Below are positions 42,556 through 52,210 of a stretch of DNA of 64,000 nucleotides, one piece after another. The stretch is from Chthoniobacterales bacterium (GTDB taxonomy: Bacteria > Verrucomicrobiota > Verrucomicrobiia > Chthoniobacterales > JACTMZ01). How positions within the stretch are numbered: the stretch's first letter is position 1; the number at the start of each line of letters is the position of its first letter. The stretch spans positions 93,476 through 157,475 of the forward strand of contig JACSRX010000029.1 in the NCBI GenBank assembly GCA_014879535.1, written 5' to 3'. The position numbers and the translations under genes are program-made. Below the pieces are notes generated by a model. The model was not told where the DNA came from. It worked only from the letters and a program-made list of their open reading frames with translations, and searched no databases.

Positions 42556-43003
42556 TGGCGTCCGACTCCGTGGTGCGGGTCGGGAGGTTGGCCATGGAGG
42601 CCCGGCGGTGCTGACGCGGTTTTCCGTCCACATAACGCCAGAGAAATGAATCGAGGGACCCGTGCTCCTCGCGGATCTTCAGGACGCCGCAGGCATTGCG
42701 GATGGTGGACTCGATCTTGAGACGGTTGCGGACGATCCCCGGGTCCTGCATCAACCTCTCCACATCGCGCGGGGAAAACCGGGCAACTTTCTCCGCGTCG
42801 AACCCGGCGAACGCCTTGCGGTAGTTCTCCCGCTTCTTGAGGATGGTCAGCCAACTCAGCCCGGCCTGGGCGCCTTCCAGGATGAGGAACTCGAAGAGCA
42901 CGCGGTCGTCGTGCACGGGCACACCCCATTCTTCATCATGGTAGGCCACATAGAGCGGATCATTCGGGCACCAAGCGCAGCGCTTTTTCACGGGGGATGT
43001 CAC
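42419..43003 (-). CDS. tag: DNA-3-methyladenine glycosylase I
   Basis: KKRCAWCPNDPLYVAYHDEEWGVPVHDDRVLFEFLILEGAQAGLSWLTILKKRENYRKAF...GSTICYAFMQAVGMVNDH aligns with E. coli Tag throughout. GTG 43003 is chosen as the start; ATG 43054 would overlap the mlaD-like gene. Confidence 0.85.
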   Translation of the reverse strand: MTSPVKKRCAWCPNDPLYVAYHDEEWGVPVHDDRVLFEFLILEGAQAGLSWLTILKKRENYRKAFAGFDAEKVARFSPRDVERLMQDPGIVRNRLKIESTIRNACGVLKIREEHGSLDSFLWRYVDGKPRQHRRASMANLPTRTTESDAMSKDLKKLGFNFVGSTICYAFMQAVGMVNDHVTTCFRHREVLRHC

Positions 43004-43013
43004 AAGCAGAAAA

Positions 43014-43997
43014 TTAAGGCCGCGGGGTGGCCGATGCCGAAACCTGCCCTGCATCACGGATCGTCGCCGCATTCCGCTGCCGCGGCAGGAACAGGCGGAG
43101 CACCCAGATGTTGCGGAAATCCGCGATCAGGGATTCCGCGCGGCCAGCCGCCGCGTTCGAGCGCTCGAGAAGCTGGTGGAGTTCGGGGGCGGAGGTCTTG
43201 GCGGTCTGCTCAAGCTGCTCGGACGTGCGGCGCAGCGCGGAGACACTCTTTCCGATTTCATCCATCAAGGGAGGCAGGCGGCTTTCGACTTCGCTGGTGA
43301 CCGCAAGCAGATGCCTCCGCGCCTGCGCGATGTCCCCGTTCTCGTCCGCGAGCCCCTCCATGAACTCCCTCGTGGACTTGGTGGCCGCCGTGGCCTCGGC
43401 CAGCGTCGCCGGAACATCCCGGGCCAGATCGACCGTGAGCGTGCGCACGGCGGCAAGCGATTGACGCACATCGCCGTCGGGGCTGTTGAGTTCGTTGAAC
43501 AGCTCGGCGCCCGTGGCGATGACCGGACGCAGGTCGTCGCGCAGGGATTTCGCAATCTCGCCGAGGGAGGCCTCGCGCTCGACCGCGATGTCCGCCCCGT
43601 CCTGCAACGGCGGCAAGCTTGGCGTGCCGGTCCGTAGATTGATGTAGGGTGTCTCCAGCGGACCGCGTCCGGTGAGAACCGCCACCGCATCCTGTCGCAG
43701 CCAGACCGCCCCCCGACGCCGCACCCGCAGGGACATCCGGGGTTCCCCCTGCTCGTCCAGCCAGACATCATGCACCCTCCCCACCCGGATGCCGTGCAGG
43801 GTGACATTCATGCCCGGCAAAATGCCGTCCGCCCGCCCGGGCGAGGCGAAATAGTCATCCGTCGGCTCGAACAAATCCTGCTGCCATGCAAGGACGGCTC
43901 CCATGAAAATCAGGAGGATGCAGAGCAAAGCGAGGAAGCTGCCGACCTTGAGGCCGAGGTATTGGAACCTTGGATCCGTGTCGCGCAGATATTTCAT
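43014..43997 (-). CDS. mlaD: MlaD/MCE-family substrate-binding protein
   Basis: N-terminal TM (VGSFLALLCILLIFMGAVLAW). MCE domain (GILPGMNVTLHGIRVGRVHDVWLDEQGEPRMSLRV...). Long helical C-terminus. Confidence 0.75.
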   Translation of the reverse strand: MKYLRDTDPRFQYLGLKVGSFLALLCILLIFMGAVLAWQQDLFEPTDDYFASPGRADGILPGMNVTLHGIRVGRVHDVWLDEQGEPRMSLRVRRRGAVWLRQDAVAVLTGRGPLETPYINLRTGTPSLPPLQDGADIAVEREASLGEIAKSLRDDLRPVIATGAELFNELNSPDGDVRQSLAAVRTLTVDLARDVPATLAEATAATKSTREFMEGLADENGDIAQARRHLLAVTSEVESRLPPLMDEIGKSVSALRRTSEQLEQTAKTSAPELHQLLERSNAAAGRAESLIADFRNIWVLRLFLPRQRNAATIRDAGQVSASATPRP

Positions 43998-44650
43998 GAT
44001 GCCGGATTTTTGAGAATAGATTCACCGAAGCCCCGCGGCAACGCACTTTCCGGCGAGATGAAGAGCCACGAACAGTCCGGCAGGCGTCCCCTCACCCACG
44101 CGACGGCCGCTTCCAAGGCCGGACGCTCCCGGGCATCCAACTTCCCGAAGATATTCGCCGCCACGATCGCCTCGGGCCGGCAAAGATAAGCCCGCAGAAG
44201 CCCCGCGAAGGCGCGGCGCGGATCATCGAGCATGTGCGGCAGAAACAGCAGCGATTCGAACGGAAGCCACCCGGACCAGGGGGGCTCCGAGACCAGCTTC
44301 TCCAGCTCGGCCAGCGGGGCGGAGCCGCGGCGGCGCTGCATCGACGGGAGCAGGATGTTTTCACAGACATTGATGTTCCCCAGCAGGGCGCCGTCCTCCG
44401 TGAGCGGCGCGATGCGGCGCAACAGGCCGAAACAACGCTCCAGGTCCAATCCGGCAAAATCCGTGCCGAACCAGACGACGGCATTGGGCGGAACAGGGGC
44501 CAACCCCGTCACGGCATCGAGGGCCTCGGCGGCGTGGTGGTCGTTGTGCACGGGCCACACGGCCGCATCGCCGCCACCGGCCACGCGGATTTCCGGGAGC
44601 TTGCCGCAAACCAAGTCCAAGCCGCAGGATTGGAACACGGGCGCTTTCAT
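43994..44650 (-). CDS. ABC-ATPase-like protein with degenerate catalytic motifs, in the MlaF position
   Basis: Start at MKAPVFQSCGLDLVCGKLPEIRV... Collinear with MlaF-type ATPases, but no G-x4-GK[ST], no LSGGQ and no hhhhDE are seen. ATGA overlaps on both sides (44647-44650 and 43994-43997). Confidence 0.55.
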   Translation of the reverse strand: MKAPVFQSCGLDLVCGKLPEIRVAGGGDAAVWPVHNDHHAAEALDAVTGLAPVPPNAVVWFGTDFAGLDLERCFGLLRRIAPLTEDGALLGNINVCENILLPSMQRRRGSAPLAELEKLVSEPPWSGWLPFESLLFLPHMLDDPRRAFAGLLRAYLCRPEAIVAANIFGKLDARERPALEAAVAWVRGRLPDCSWLFISPESALPRGFGESILKNPAS

Positions 44651-45417
44651 CCGACCACGAGCACAAAGAAGCCCTCCATCAGCACGATCGCGATGAATCC
44701 GTGCACCATCGCGGTGCGCACCGCCACCGGCACCCCGAACGGCCCCGGCATGGCGGCCAGCCCTTGGCGGCAGCAAATGGCCCCGATCGCCCCCCCGAAC
44801 ATCAGGGCCTTCACCGCCATGATCATCCCCCTGTCCGGCTGCAATCCCCGCGTGTAGTGCGTAAGTGCCAGCGGAAAATCCCACCCATCGAACAGGGCCA
44901 TGAATGCCAGACCGCCGAAGACAAGGATCACTTGGAAGAAAGCCGCAAGCGCCGGAACGCTCACAAGGCACGCAGCCACCCGCGGGGCGATCAGGTAGGA
45001 AGCCGGATCAATCCCGAGCCGGTAAAGGGAGTTCACCTCGCCTTTCTGCTGCATGTCGGCAAGCTCTGCGGCCATGGCCGAACCGCTGCGGGCCAGGACG
45101 AAAAGGGTCACGATGAGAATCGAGGCTTCCTGGACCACCAGGAAGCGGAACACATTGAGTGTGAGCGCAATGTCCTGCATGAGGACGCGATAGAGTTGCG
45201 AGATCGCGGCGGAGCCGGTCACCAAGGCCGTGATGCTCACAAGCGGCAACGCCTCGATGCCGGTGAAATAAATCTGCTTCAACAGCACCCGGCGACCGGG
45301 CAGCCGGAGGATGCTTCCGCCGTGGCGGAACATTTCCAAGAACACATCAAAGGACGCCGTGGCACTGCCCGCGAGCCATGCGGCAAATCTTGCAGCTTGT
45401 CGGACCAAGGAAATCAC
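44647..45417 (-). CDS. mlaE: MlaE-family ABC transporter permease
   Basis: LLKQIYFTGIEALPLVSITALVTGSAAISQ...ARSGSAMAAELADMQQKGEVNSLYRLGIDPASYLIAPRV. Confidence 0.85.
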   Translation of the reverse strand: MISLVRQAARFAAWLAGSATASFDVFLEMFRHGGSILRLPGRRVLLKQIYFTGIEALPLVSITALVTGSAAISQLYRVLMQDIALTLNVFRFLVVQEASILIVTLFVLARSGSAMAAELADMQQKGEVNSLYRLGIDPASYLIAPRVAACLVSVPALAAFFQVILVFGGLAFMALFDGWDFPLALTHYTRGLQPDRGMIMAVKALMFGGAIGAICCRQGLAAMPGPFGVPVAVRTAMVHGFIAIVLMEGFFVLVVG

Positions 45418-45484
45418 CGGATGCCACTATGCGAATGACCGGGCTCCCGGACAAGCGGCGTTGTGGGGCCCTGAGGTGGTGGGG

Positions 45485-46342
45485 TCAATCCCTCGCGATC
45501 GCCACGGACGCCGTCTGCCCGATCCTGAGCGGGACCGGGGGTTTCCCCGTGATATCGACGCGCACGGGAAACCGGTTGGGCAGGCGCACCCAGTCGATGG
45601 TCTGGGGAACATTGGGCAGAAGCTGACTGCCCATCGTGCTGCCGTCCTGGACGAAGATCCCCCAAGCGGTGCTTGCCACGACGCCCTCGAATGGCTGCCC
45701 GGAATGCCCCATGAGCGTGATGCGCACCTTGTCATTCGGCTGGACGCCCGCAATCTGCGTCTCCTTGAAATAGGCGGCGACCCAGAACGTCGAGGTGTCC
45801 ACGAGCGCCAGGAGCTGCTCCCCCGCCGCGACATAGGTCCCCGGACTGGTGTTCACATTCGTGAGGTAGCCGTCCACGGGGGACACGACCGTCGTGAATT
45901 CGAGGTTGAGCTTGGCATTCTCCAGCGCCGCCTCGGCCGCGGCCACGTCCGCCTTGGCCGCCTCGAAATTCTGGATGGTGTCATCGTATTGCTCGCGGCT
46001 GATGACATTCTGCTGAAGCAGATCGACCGCGCGCTTCGCATTGGCCTCGGCGTCGGTCAGCTTGGCCTGGGCCTGATCCAACTGCCCCTGCGCCTGGTCC
46101 ACCGCGGCCTTGAACGTGCGCGGATCGATCTGGAAAAGAAGGTCCCCCTTCTTCACCGACTGGTTGTCCACCACGGGGATCTGGATGATCGGGCCGGCCA
46201 CCCGGGGCGCGATTCCGACGACATTCGCCCGCACATAGGCATCGCGCGTCCACGGCTTGCTGAGATAACGGGAATACATCAGCACCGCCGAGACCAGGGC
46301 GAGCGCCACCACGATGAGCGTGACGAGGACCTTCGGCTTCAT
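45485..46342 (-). CDS. HlyD/EmrA/AaeA-type membrane fusion protein
   Basis: Start at MKPKVLVTLIVVALALVSAVLMY...TRDAYVRANVVGIAPRVAGPIIQIPVVDNQSVKKGDLLFQIDP. Coiled coil. ATGA overlap with the upstream small gene. Confidence 0.85.
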   Translation of the reverse strand: MKPKVLVTLIVVALALVSAVLMYSRYLSKPWTRDAYVRANVVGIAPRVAGPIIQIPVVDNQSVKKGDLLFQIDPRTFKAAVDQAQGQLDQAQAKLTDAEANAKRAVDLLQQNVISREQYDDTIQNFEAAKADVAAAEAALENAKLNLEFTTVVSPVDGYLTNVNTSPGTYVAAGEQLLALVDTSTFWVAAYFKETQIAGVQPNDKVRITLMGHSGQPFEGVVASTAWGIFVQDGSTMGSQLLPNVPQTIDWVRLPNRFPVRVDITGKPPVPLRIGQTASVAIARD

Positions 46343-46554
46343 GGGGTGAACAGCAATCCGAGCGTGCACCCCAAAAGCACGGCGAGCGCGATGAAGAAGA
46401 GCGGGAGATTCCAGATGAAGCGCGTGAGCCGGAAACGCTCGAGGACAATCACGGCCATCCACGCCAGAAGATAACCCAAGGTGGCGATCACCATCCCCCA
46501 TGGCAGCATGAAGTCGCCGAGGATGATTTCAGGAACGCTCAACGAAATGCCCAT
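46339..46554 (-). CDS. DUF1656 (AaeX-like) small membrane protein
   Basis: MGISLSVPEIILGDFMLPWGMVIATLGYLLAWMAVIVLERFRLTRFIWNLPLFFIALAVLLG...; 71 aa, located upstream of the MFP as in aaeXAB. Confidence 0.65.
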   Translation of the reverse strand: MGISLSVPEIILGDFMLPWGMVIATLGYLLAWMAVIVLERFRLTRFIWNLPLFFIALAVLLGCTLGLLFTP

Positions 46555-46583
46555 GGCCGCACATCCTTTGTCAGCTTTTGCCA

Positions 46584-48845
46584 ATGGAGGCAAGCGCCCC
46601 CGCTTTCCGGGCTGGTTCCCGCGGCAACGTGCGGACAACAATCCGCCCCGTGCAAGCCCCATCCGCCACGACCCGCCGGTTGAGATTCCCGGCATGGCTG
46701 GATGCCGGTGCCGCCGCCCTCGGCTTGCAGATGGCGATCGCGGGCACGGCGGCGTTTTATTTCTCCCAGTTCCTGCGCCTCGAGTTCCCGTCGTGGAGCG
46801 TCTTCACCGTCATCATGCTCCTGAGCGCCCAATATGTCGGCGCAATCCAGGAGAAGGCCGTCCTGCGCATGATCGGCACCGTGCTGGGCGGATTGCTCGG
46901 CTACCTCGCCACGGGGGCATGGCAGCAGACGCCGGTGCTCTACCTCGGGATGACATTCGCCATCACGGCGTTCAGCGTGGCCATGTTCAGCCAGTCGCGT
47001 GCCCCGTATGCATTCCTGCTCACGGGACTGACCTTCGTCATCATCGCCATCAACGGACAAAGCGATCCGCAGATGGCGTGGCAGTATTCCCTCGCCCGCG
47101 TCGAGGAGGTCCTTGTCGGGGTGGTTGCAAGCCTCGTCGTGCAGAGCACGATCTGGCCGCGGTATGCCAACGAGGATTTCCTGAAGCAGCTCCGGGACAC
47201 CTTGGAGGAACTTGCCGAGGCCACGCCGCGGGGGATGGCGATGTTTCGGGATCATGACGCGGAACTGGACGCCTCCCTGCGCGATTTTCCGCGCCGGTCC
47301 ACCGCGCTGCGCCAGCTTCTTTACTTCGGGGCGCGGGAGAGCCGGCACTTCCGGAGGAACCTGGCCATGCACGGCTCGGCCGTCACCTCGATCGCCCGCG
47401 CCGCCAACCTCCTGCGTTCCCTCGACCAGATCGCCCCGGCTCCGGAGCCCTACCTTTCGGCCCTCTCCGGAGAGTTCGACGAAGCCGGCCGCACCCTTCG
47501 GGACGGCTGGCTGCAACTCCGCGACAACGGGCGCATTGACGACGATTGGCGCTCCGGGATGGCCGGCCTGCTCGCGCGCATCGAGGAAAAGCTCCTCGTC
47601 CTGCGAACCGACCCCCGGAGCATGCAACTCGACGCCGCACAGGTCGGACCGGTGTCCGCCCACGTGCTCACCCTCTTCGACCTCCACACCAGCATCCTCG
47701 AACTCGACGAGTTGTGGCGGAATCCCCCGGCCATCCAGCGGACGGACAGCCTCGTGCTCGCCCCCGAGTGGCCGGACGCGGCGGCCGTCAAACGCGGGCT
47801 CCGCGCCGCACTCGCCACCACGGTTGCCCTCGTCCTCGACAACTGGCTTTCACCGCCCGGAGGCACGCTCATGGTGCTCTGCGCGTTCAATTTCACCGCG
47901 CTGAATTACTTGAGCCCCACCGGAATCGGCGACCACAGGACCTTCCATTTTGTCGTCAGCGCCGCCCTCGTCGGCTTGGGTGCATTCCTGGCCCTGCTGG
48001 TCCTCACGCCGATGATGGCCAGCTATGCCGTGCTGAACATCGTGCTGGCGTCGTGGCTGTTTCTGCAGGGGTATCGGACCTACAACCGCGGCGGCATCAC
48101 GAAGGCGCTGACCGTGTCCTTCCTCCTGCTGGTCTCCGTTTTGAGCCTCAATGCCCAGGAGCCGGTGCCTTTCGAAAACATCACCGGCATATTCTTCGGC
48201 CTGGTGACCGGCGCGCTGATCGCCGCGCTTCACGAGCGGCTCCTCTGGCCCATCCTTCCCCAAGGCCGGCTGCGCGCCGGCATGGTCTCCTATCTCCGCA
48301 CGATCGCGGGCGGCATCGACCGGGGCGTCACCAACCTCCCCCTCTGGCAGCGGACCAAGCTCGCGCTGTTCCCGTCCGAAGCCCGCAAATTCATCACCAT
48401 GATGGAAGGACCCGCGATGCCGCCCGGTGAATCCCGCCGCCTCGAGGAATACATCCTCAGCCTGCAGAAACTCGCGGGCGAAATCATCCTCTGCGCCGGC
48501 CGGCTTTCCCCGAGCCTGCCCCCGGACGCCGCCCCGGAGACGAGGAACACGTTGGACGAGGTCAAAGCCGCCCTCGCCTCGGGGTTGAACAGCTTAGCGG
48601 ACTCGTTCGGGCGCGCCGAGCAACCGCCCGCGGCGGACCATCTGGACGATTTGATCCGCCGCTGGGATGAAAGTGTGGCCCGGTTGCGCCGCACCTTCTT
48701 CGCCGACAACGTGCCCCCGCGCACCGCGATCGTCCCGATGGGGCTGTCCTACCGCTACCGCGTGTCCTTGGGCCTTCTGAAGCGGGCCAATGCGGAGGCG
48801 CGGTCGCTTCGACCCGGGGAATACCTCGGGGACGTGAGCCTTTGA
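46584..48845 (+). CDS. FUSC/AaeB-family efflux protein (fusaric-acid-resistance type)
   Basis: MAIAGTAAFYFSQFLRLEFPSWSVFTVIMLLSAQYVGAIQEKAVLRMIGTVLGGLLGY plus a duplicated TM domain. Divergent from the AaeX/AaeA-like pair. The exact start is uncertain (ATG 46584 or downstream). Confidence 0.8.
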   Translation: MEASAPAFRAGSRGNVRTTIRPVQAPSATTRRLRFPAWLDAGAAALGLQMAIAGTAAFYFSQFLRLEFPSWSVFTVIMLLSAQYVGAIQEKAVLRMIGTVLGGLLGYLATGAWQQTPVLYLGMTFAITAFSVAMFSQSRAPYAFLLTGLTFVIIAINGQSDPQMAWQYSLARVEEVLVGVVASLVVQSTIWPRYANEDFLKQLRDTLEELAEATPRGMAMFRDHDAELDASLRDFPRRSTALRQLLYFGARESRHFRRNLAMHGSAVTSIARAANLLRSLDQIAPAPEPYLSALSGEFDEAGRTLRDGWLQLRDNGRIDDDWRSGMAGLLARIEEKLLVLRTDPRSMQLDAAQVGPVSAHVLTLFDLHTSILELDELWRNPPAIQRTDSLVLAPEWPDAAAVKRGLRAALATTVALVLDNWLSPPGGTLMVLCAFNFTALNYLSPTGIGDHRTFHFVVSAALVGLGAFLALLVLTPMMASYAVLNIVLASWLFLQGYRTYNRGGITKALTVSFLLLVSVLSLNAQEPVPFENITGIFFGLVTGALIAALHERLLWPILPQGRLRAGMVSYLRTIAGGIDRGVTNLPLWQRTKLALFPSEARKFITMMEGPAMPPGESRRLEEYILSLQKLAGEIILCAGRLSPSLPPDAAPETRNTLDEVKAALASGLNSLADSFGRAEQPPAADHLDDLIRRWDESVARLRRTFFADNVPPRTAIVPMGLSYRYRVSLGLLKRANAEARSLRPGEYLGDVSL

Positions 48846-48910
48846 AGCGACATCAGATTTCAACTGACGATCAAGAGGGGACTTCGGCTACATCAAAACT
48901 CAAACCGCAA

Positions 48911-51900
48911 TCAGGGAATGGTGAGTTTGATGCGGACGAAGCGCCGCCCCGCACTGCCGGGTGGCAGGGTTGCCTTCACATGCTGGATGAGGCCATTGTC
49001 CGAGATGACTCCTGAGGCTACTCCTGCGGTGCTCCAGCTTCCCGTCTTCAGGTCTTCGTGCCATTCCACGGTGAATGTCGCACCCGCTGCCACCGCCGCA
49101 ACACTCCGGGTGTAATGGTATTCAATGCTGTCTCCATTGTGCATCAATGTGAAAGGCAGTGCATTGGGAGTATTCGGGTCCAGCCCAAAAGCCCACTCCA
49201 GACAATTCGAAAGGCCGTCTTTGTCTGTGTCGTCCCCTCCCGTTAGATTGGCTTGGGCAAGGTGAGGTGAAATCTTGTTCCCTGCTTTCCCGAAACGTCC
49301 TCCGGCATACAGATTGGCACCATCCAAGGCCAAGGCAAAGACGCTGCCATCAACGCCCGAACCAAGCGCCGACCATTCCACCCCATTCCACTTTGCAATG
49401 CCATTGGCCCCCACGCCGCCAGCAGACATGAAAAATCCTCCTGCATAAAGGTTGCCACCGCCATCCACAGCCAGAGCATACACATAGGCATAGCTCCCCC
49501 ACTCTCCTTCGATGCCCGAACCCAACGCCAACCATTCGCTGCCGTTCCACCGCGCGATACTATTGGCTTCCTCATCATCGGCAGTGCCAAAATATCCCCC
49601 TGCGTAAAGGTTGCCGCTGCCATCCACAGCCAAGGCATAAACATATGTATTGCCCCATTCATCCTCCATGCCCGAACCCAAGGCAGACCATGTGCTGCCG
49701 TTCCACTTGGCGATGTTGTGGGCTTCGACGCCGCCTGCGGTATTGAACCAACCTCCCGCGTAAAGGTTGCCGCCTCCATCCACAGCCAAGGCATTAACGG
49801 AGCCGACTTCGGTCCACCACTCCTGCGAGGTCTCCATGCCCAAACCCAAGGCAGACCACGCGCTGCCGTCCCATTGCGCAATACTATTGGCATCTTCTCC
49901 GCCCGCGGTGGTGAAGCTTCCTCCTGCATAAAGATTACCGAAGTCATCCGCAGCCAAGGCATTGACATAGGCATAGCCCGATTCGTCATTGACGCCCGAT
50001 CCCAATGCAGACCACGCACTGCCGTTCCACCTTGCGATCCTGCTGGCCTCCATTCCACCCGCGATGGTGAAGCTCCCCCCTGCGTAAAGGTTGCCGCTGC
50101 CATCCACAGCCAAGGCATGGACGTCGCCACCAGAGAAACCCAAACCCAAGGTCGACCAAGCACTGCCATTCCACTTGGCGATGCGATTGGCATCTATTCC
50201 CCCCGCCGTGCTGAATCCTCCCCCCACATAGAGGTTGCCGTCGCCGTCCGCGATCAAGGCAGAAACGCTGCTATTTATACCCAACCCGGCATCTAAGGCT
50301 GACCACGCGCTGCCGTTCCACTTCGCGATACCATTATCCCCGCGCCCAGTATAGACAGTGCCATTGCCGTCCACAGCCAAGGCATAAACATGACCAATAC
50401 CTGAACCCACCGCTGACCATGTGCTACCGTCCCACTTGGCTATCCCGTTCACTTCAACCCCTCCCGCAGCGGTGAACCATCCTCCTGCCCAGACATTCCC
50501 GCTGCCGTCAACAACCAAGGCCATAACCGAGCCTGCACCGCCCTCCACGCCCGAGTCCAATGGAGACCATGTGCTGCTGTCCCACTTGGCGATATTATTG
50601 GCCTCCACGTCGCCCGCCATGGTGAATCCGCCTCCTGCGTAGAGGTCGCCGCTGGCATCCACTGCCAAGGCACTGACACTGCCGCCGCTGACCCCATCAC
50701 CCAGAGCGGACCACATATAGCCATTCCACTTGGCAATGTTGTTGACCTCCACGCCACCTGCGGTGTTGAACCAACCTCCCGCGTAGAGATTGCCGCTGCC
50801 ATCCACTGCCAAGGCGGAGATAGAGCCATCCATGCCCGATCCTAAGATCGACCATGCGCTGCCATTCCACCTCGCAATACAATTTGCCTCCACGCCGCCT
50901 GCGGTGTTGAACCAACCTCCCGCGTAGAGGATGTCACTTTCGTCCACAACCAATGCATAAACCACTCCATCATCCATGCCCGAGCCCAGTGCTGACCATA
51001 CGCTGCCGTTCCACATTGCAACACCATTGGCCTCCACTCCACCTGCAGTGCTGAAGCCTCCGCCTGCGTAGACATTCCCGCTTCCATCCACCGCCAAGGC
51101 ACCAACGCCACCATTGATGCCCAAGCCCAGCGCCGACCACGCGCTGCCACTCCACCTCGCGATGCAACTTGCCGCAATCCCGCCTGCGGTGCTGAAGCTC
51201 CCACCCACGTAGAGATTGCCGTTTCCATCCACAACCAACGCATCGACGGAACCGCTTATGTCAGGTGCATCAGGGTTAAGGACGATCCAATCAGCATCAC
51301 TGAATGTAGGATCGATCCGAACAGGGTAAACCGCTCCGGCGTCATCGACGCGCACGGCCAGCCGTCCCGAATCAAGAACTTCCATATGTGCGGAAAGTTC
51401 GCATCCAGAAGCATCAGTCACATGCAGCCGGTGGTAGGCCAACTCCCTCCCCGTGGCCTCAATGGTCAGCTTCGCCCCGTAGTCTGCTGCCTCGGCGCGC
51501 GCACCCGTCACCTCCATCACCACGCTCAACTCCCCTGCGCCCGCAGGCCGCTCAAGCACCACGAAGTCCTGCCTCACCCCGTCGCCGCTCACACGGTATT
51601 CCTCCACCAATCCCGGGCGAACCCACGAGACCGACTCGTTCCCAACCAGAATACTCCCCTTGGGCAGCAGCGCCACGGATGTTTCCCGCCCCACCAACGC
51701 GGCGCTGAGACGGAAGCAGTTGGGCTTGTCCAAGTCCTCGTCCGCTGTCGAGGTGAGCCACAGTCCTTCGGGTGTAACCTCTCCCTCCAAGTCTTGCAGG
51801 ACAGCCCGCAACTTGGCCCCGGCAGCCGTTGGCGTGATGCCCATGCCCTCGCCGGAATATTGCCTCTGCGCCTCAACCCCAAGCTGGTCAAATGGGATGG

Positions 51901-52036
51901 ATGCCGAAGGCTGGGGTTCCGCAGAGGCCAGCGCATCACCGCCTGCTATCGGGAAGACACAGGCGAGGATTGCGGCAACGAGTAAGCATCGGAAGCTGCA
52001 ACCTCCACTCTGATGGGGAGAGTCGGCTGAAGTCAT
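48911..52036 (-). CDS. Secreted beta-propeller-repeat (SBBP-like) protein with 13 tandem repeats and the shared C-terminal tail
   Basis: Signal-like CLLVAAILACVFPIAGGDALA. 13 units of about 50 aa with IA[KR]W[ND]GS.WSALG.G...V.ALAVDGSGNLYAGG.F..AGGV.A. The tail is DTDKDGLSNCLEWAFGLDPNTPN...RRFVRIKLTIP. Confidence 0.85.
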   Translation of the reverse strand: MTSADSPHQSGGCSFRCLLVAAILACVFPIAGGDALASAEPQPSASIPFDQLGVEAQRQYSGEGMGITPTAAGAKLRAVLQDLEGEVTPEGLWLTSTADEDLDKPNCFRLSAALVGRETSVALLPKGSILVGNESVSWVRPGLVEEYRVSGDGVRQDFVVLERPAGAGELSVVMEVTGARAEAADYGAKLTIEATGRELAYHRLHVTDASGCELSAHMEVLDSGRLAVRVDDAGAVYPVRIDPTFSDADWIVLNPDAPDISGSVDALVVDGNGNLYVGGSFSTAGGIAASCIARWSGSAWSALGLGINGGVGALAVDGSGNVYAGGGFSTAGGVEANGVAMWNGSVWSALGSGMDDGVVYALVVDESDILYAGGWFNTAGGVEANCIARWNGSAWSILGSGMDGSISALAVDGSGNLYAGGWFNTAGGVEVNNIAKWNGYMWSALGDGVSGGSVSALAVDASGDLYAGGGFTMAGDVEANNIAKWDSSTWSPLDSGVEGGAGSVMALVVDGSGNVWAGGWFTAAGGVEVNGIAKWDGSTWSAVGSGIGHVYALAVDGNGTVYTGRGDNGIAKWNGSAWSALDAGLGINSSVSALIADGDGNLYVGGGFSTAGGIDANRIAKWNGSAWSTLGLGFSGGDVHALAVDGSGNLYAGGSFTIAGGMEASRIARWNGSAWSALGSGVNDESGYAYVNALAADDFGNLYAGGSFTTAGGEDANSIAQWDGSAWSALGLGMETSQEWWTEVGSVNALAVDGGGNLYAGGWFNTAGGVEAHNIAKWNGSTWSALGSGMEDEWGNTYVYALAVDGSGNLYAGGYFGTADDEEANSIARWNGSEWLALGSGIEGEWGSYAYVYALAVDGGGNLYAGGFFMSAGGVGANGIAKWNGVEWSALGSGVDGSVFALALDGANLYAGGRFGKAGNKISPHLAQANLTGGDDTDKDGLSNCLEWAFGLDPNTPNALPFTLMHNGDSIEYHYTRSVAAVAAGATFTVEWHEDLKTGSWSTAGVASGVISDNGLIQHVKATLPPGSAGRRFVRIKLTIP

Positions 52037-52210
52037 GGCAGAATTTCATTTTGCGGGCAGTTCATGGCCACTTGCAAGGGTGAAAACAGTCCCCGGAAAG
52101 CGCTCTCCTGCTTCCACCCGAGCACCGCTAAACTCCCTGTTTAGCGCGAGTTAAGAATTGCGACTACCATTCCGGCTTGAACCACTCAAAGCATTCCGTC
52201 CTTCACTGCT

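Noticed and set aside
49250-51275. Regular DNA periodicity that could be mistaken for a CRISPR array or tandem satellite
   Set aside because: The period is about 150 nt. The copies are diverged and lie entirely within one long ORF encoding a protein repeat. There is no short direct repeat plus unique spacer structure and no cas genes.
52037-52210. Perfect 8-bp inverted repeat CGCTAAAC / GTTTAGCG between smc and the propeller gene as a terminator
   Set aside because: No T-run follows on the smc strand and the stem is short and AT-containing. The evidence is too weak to call.
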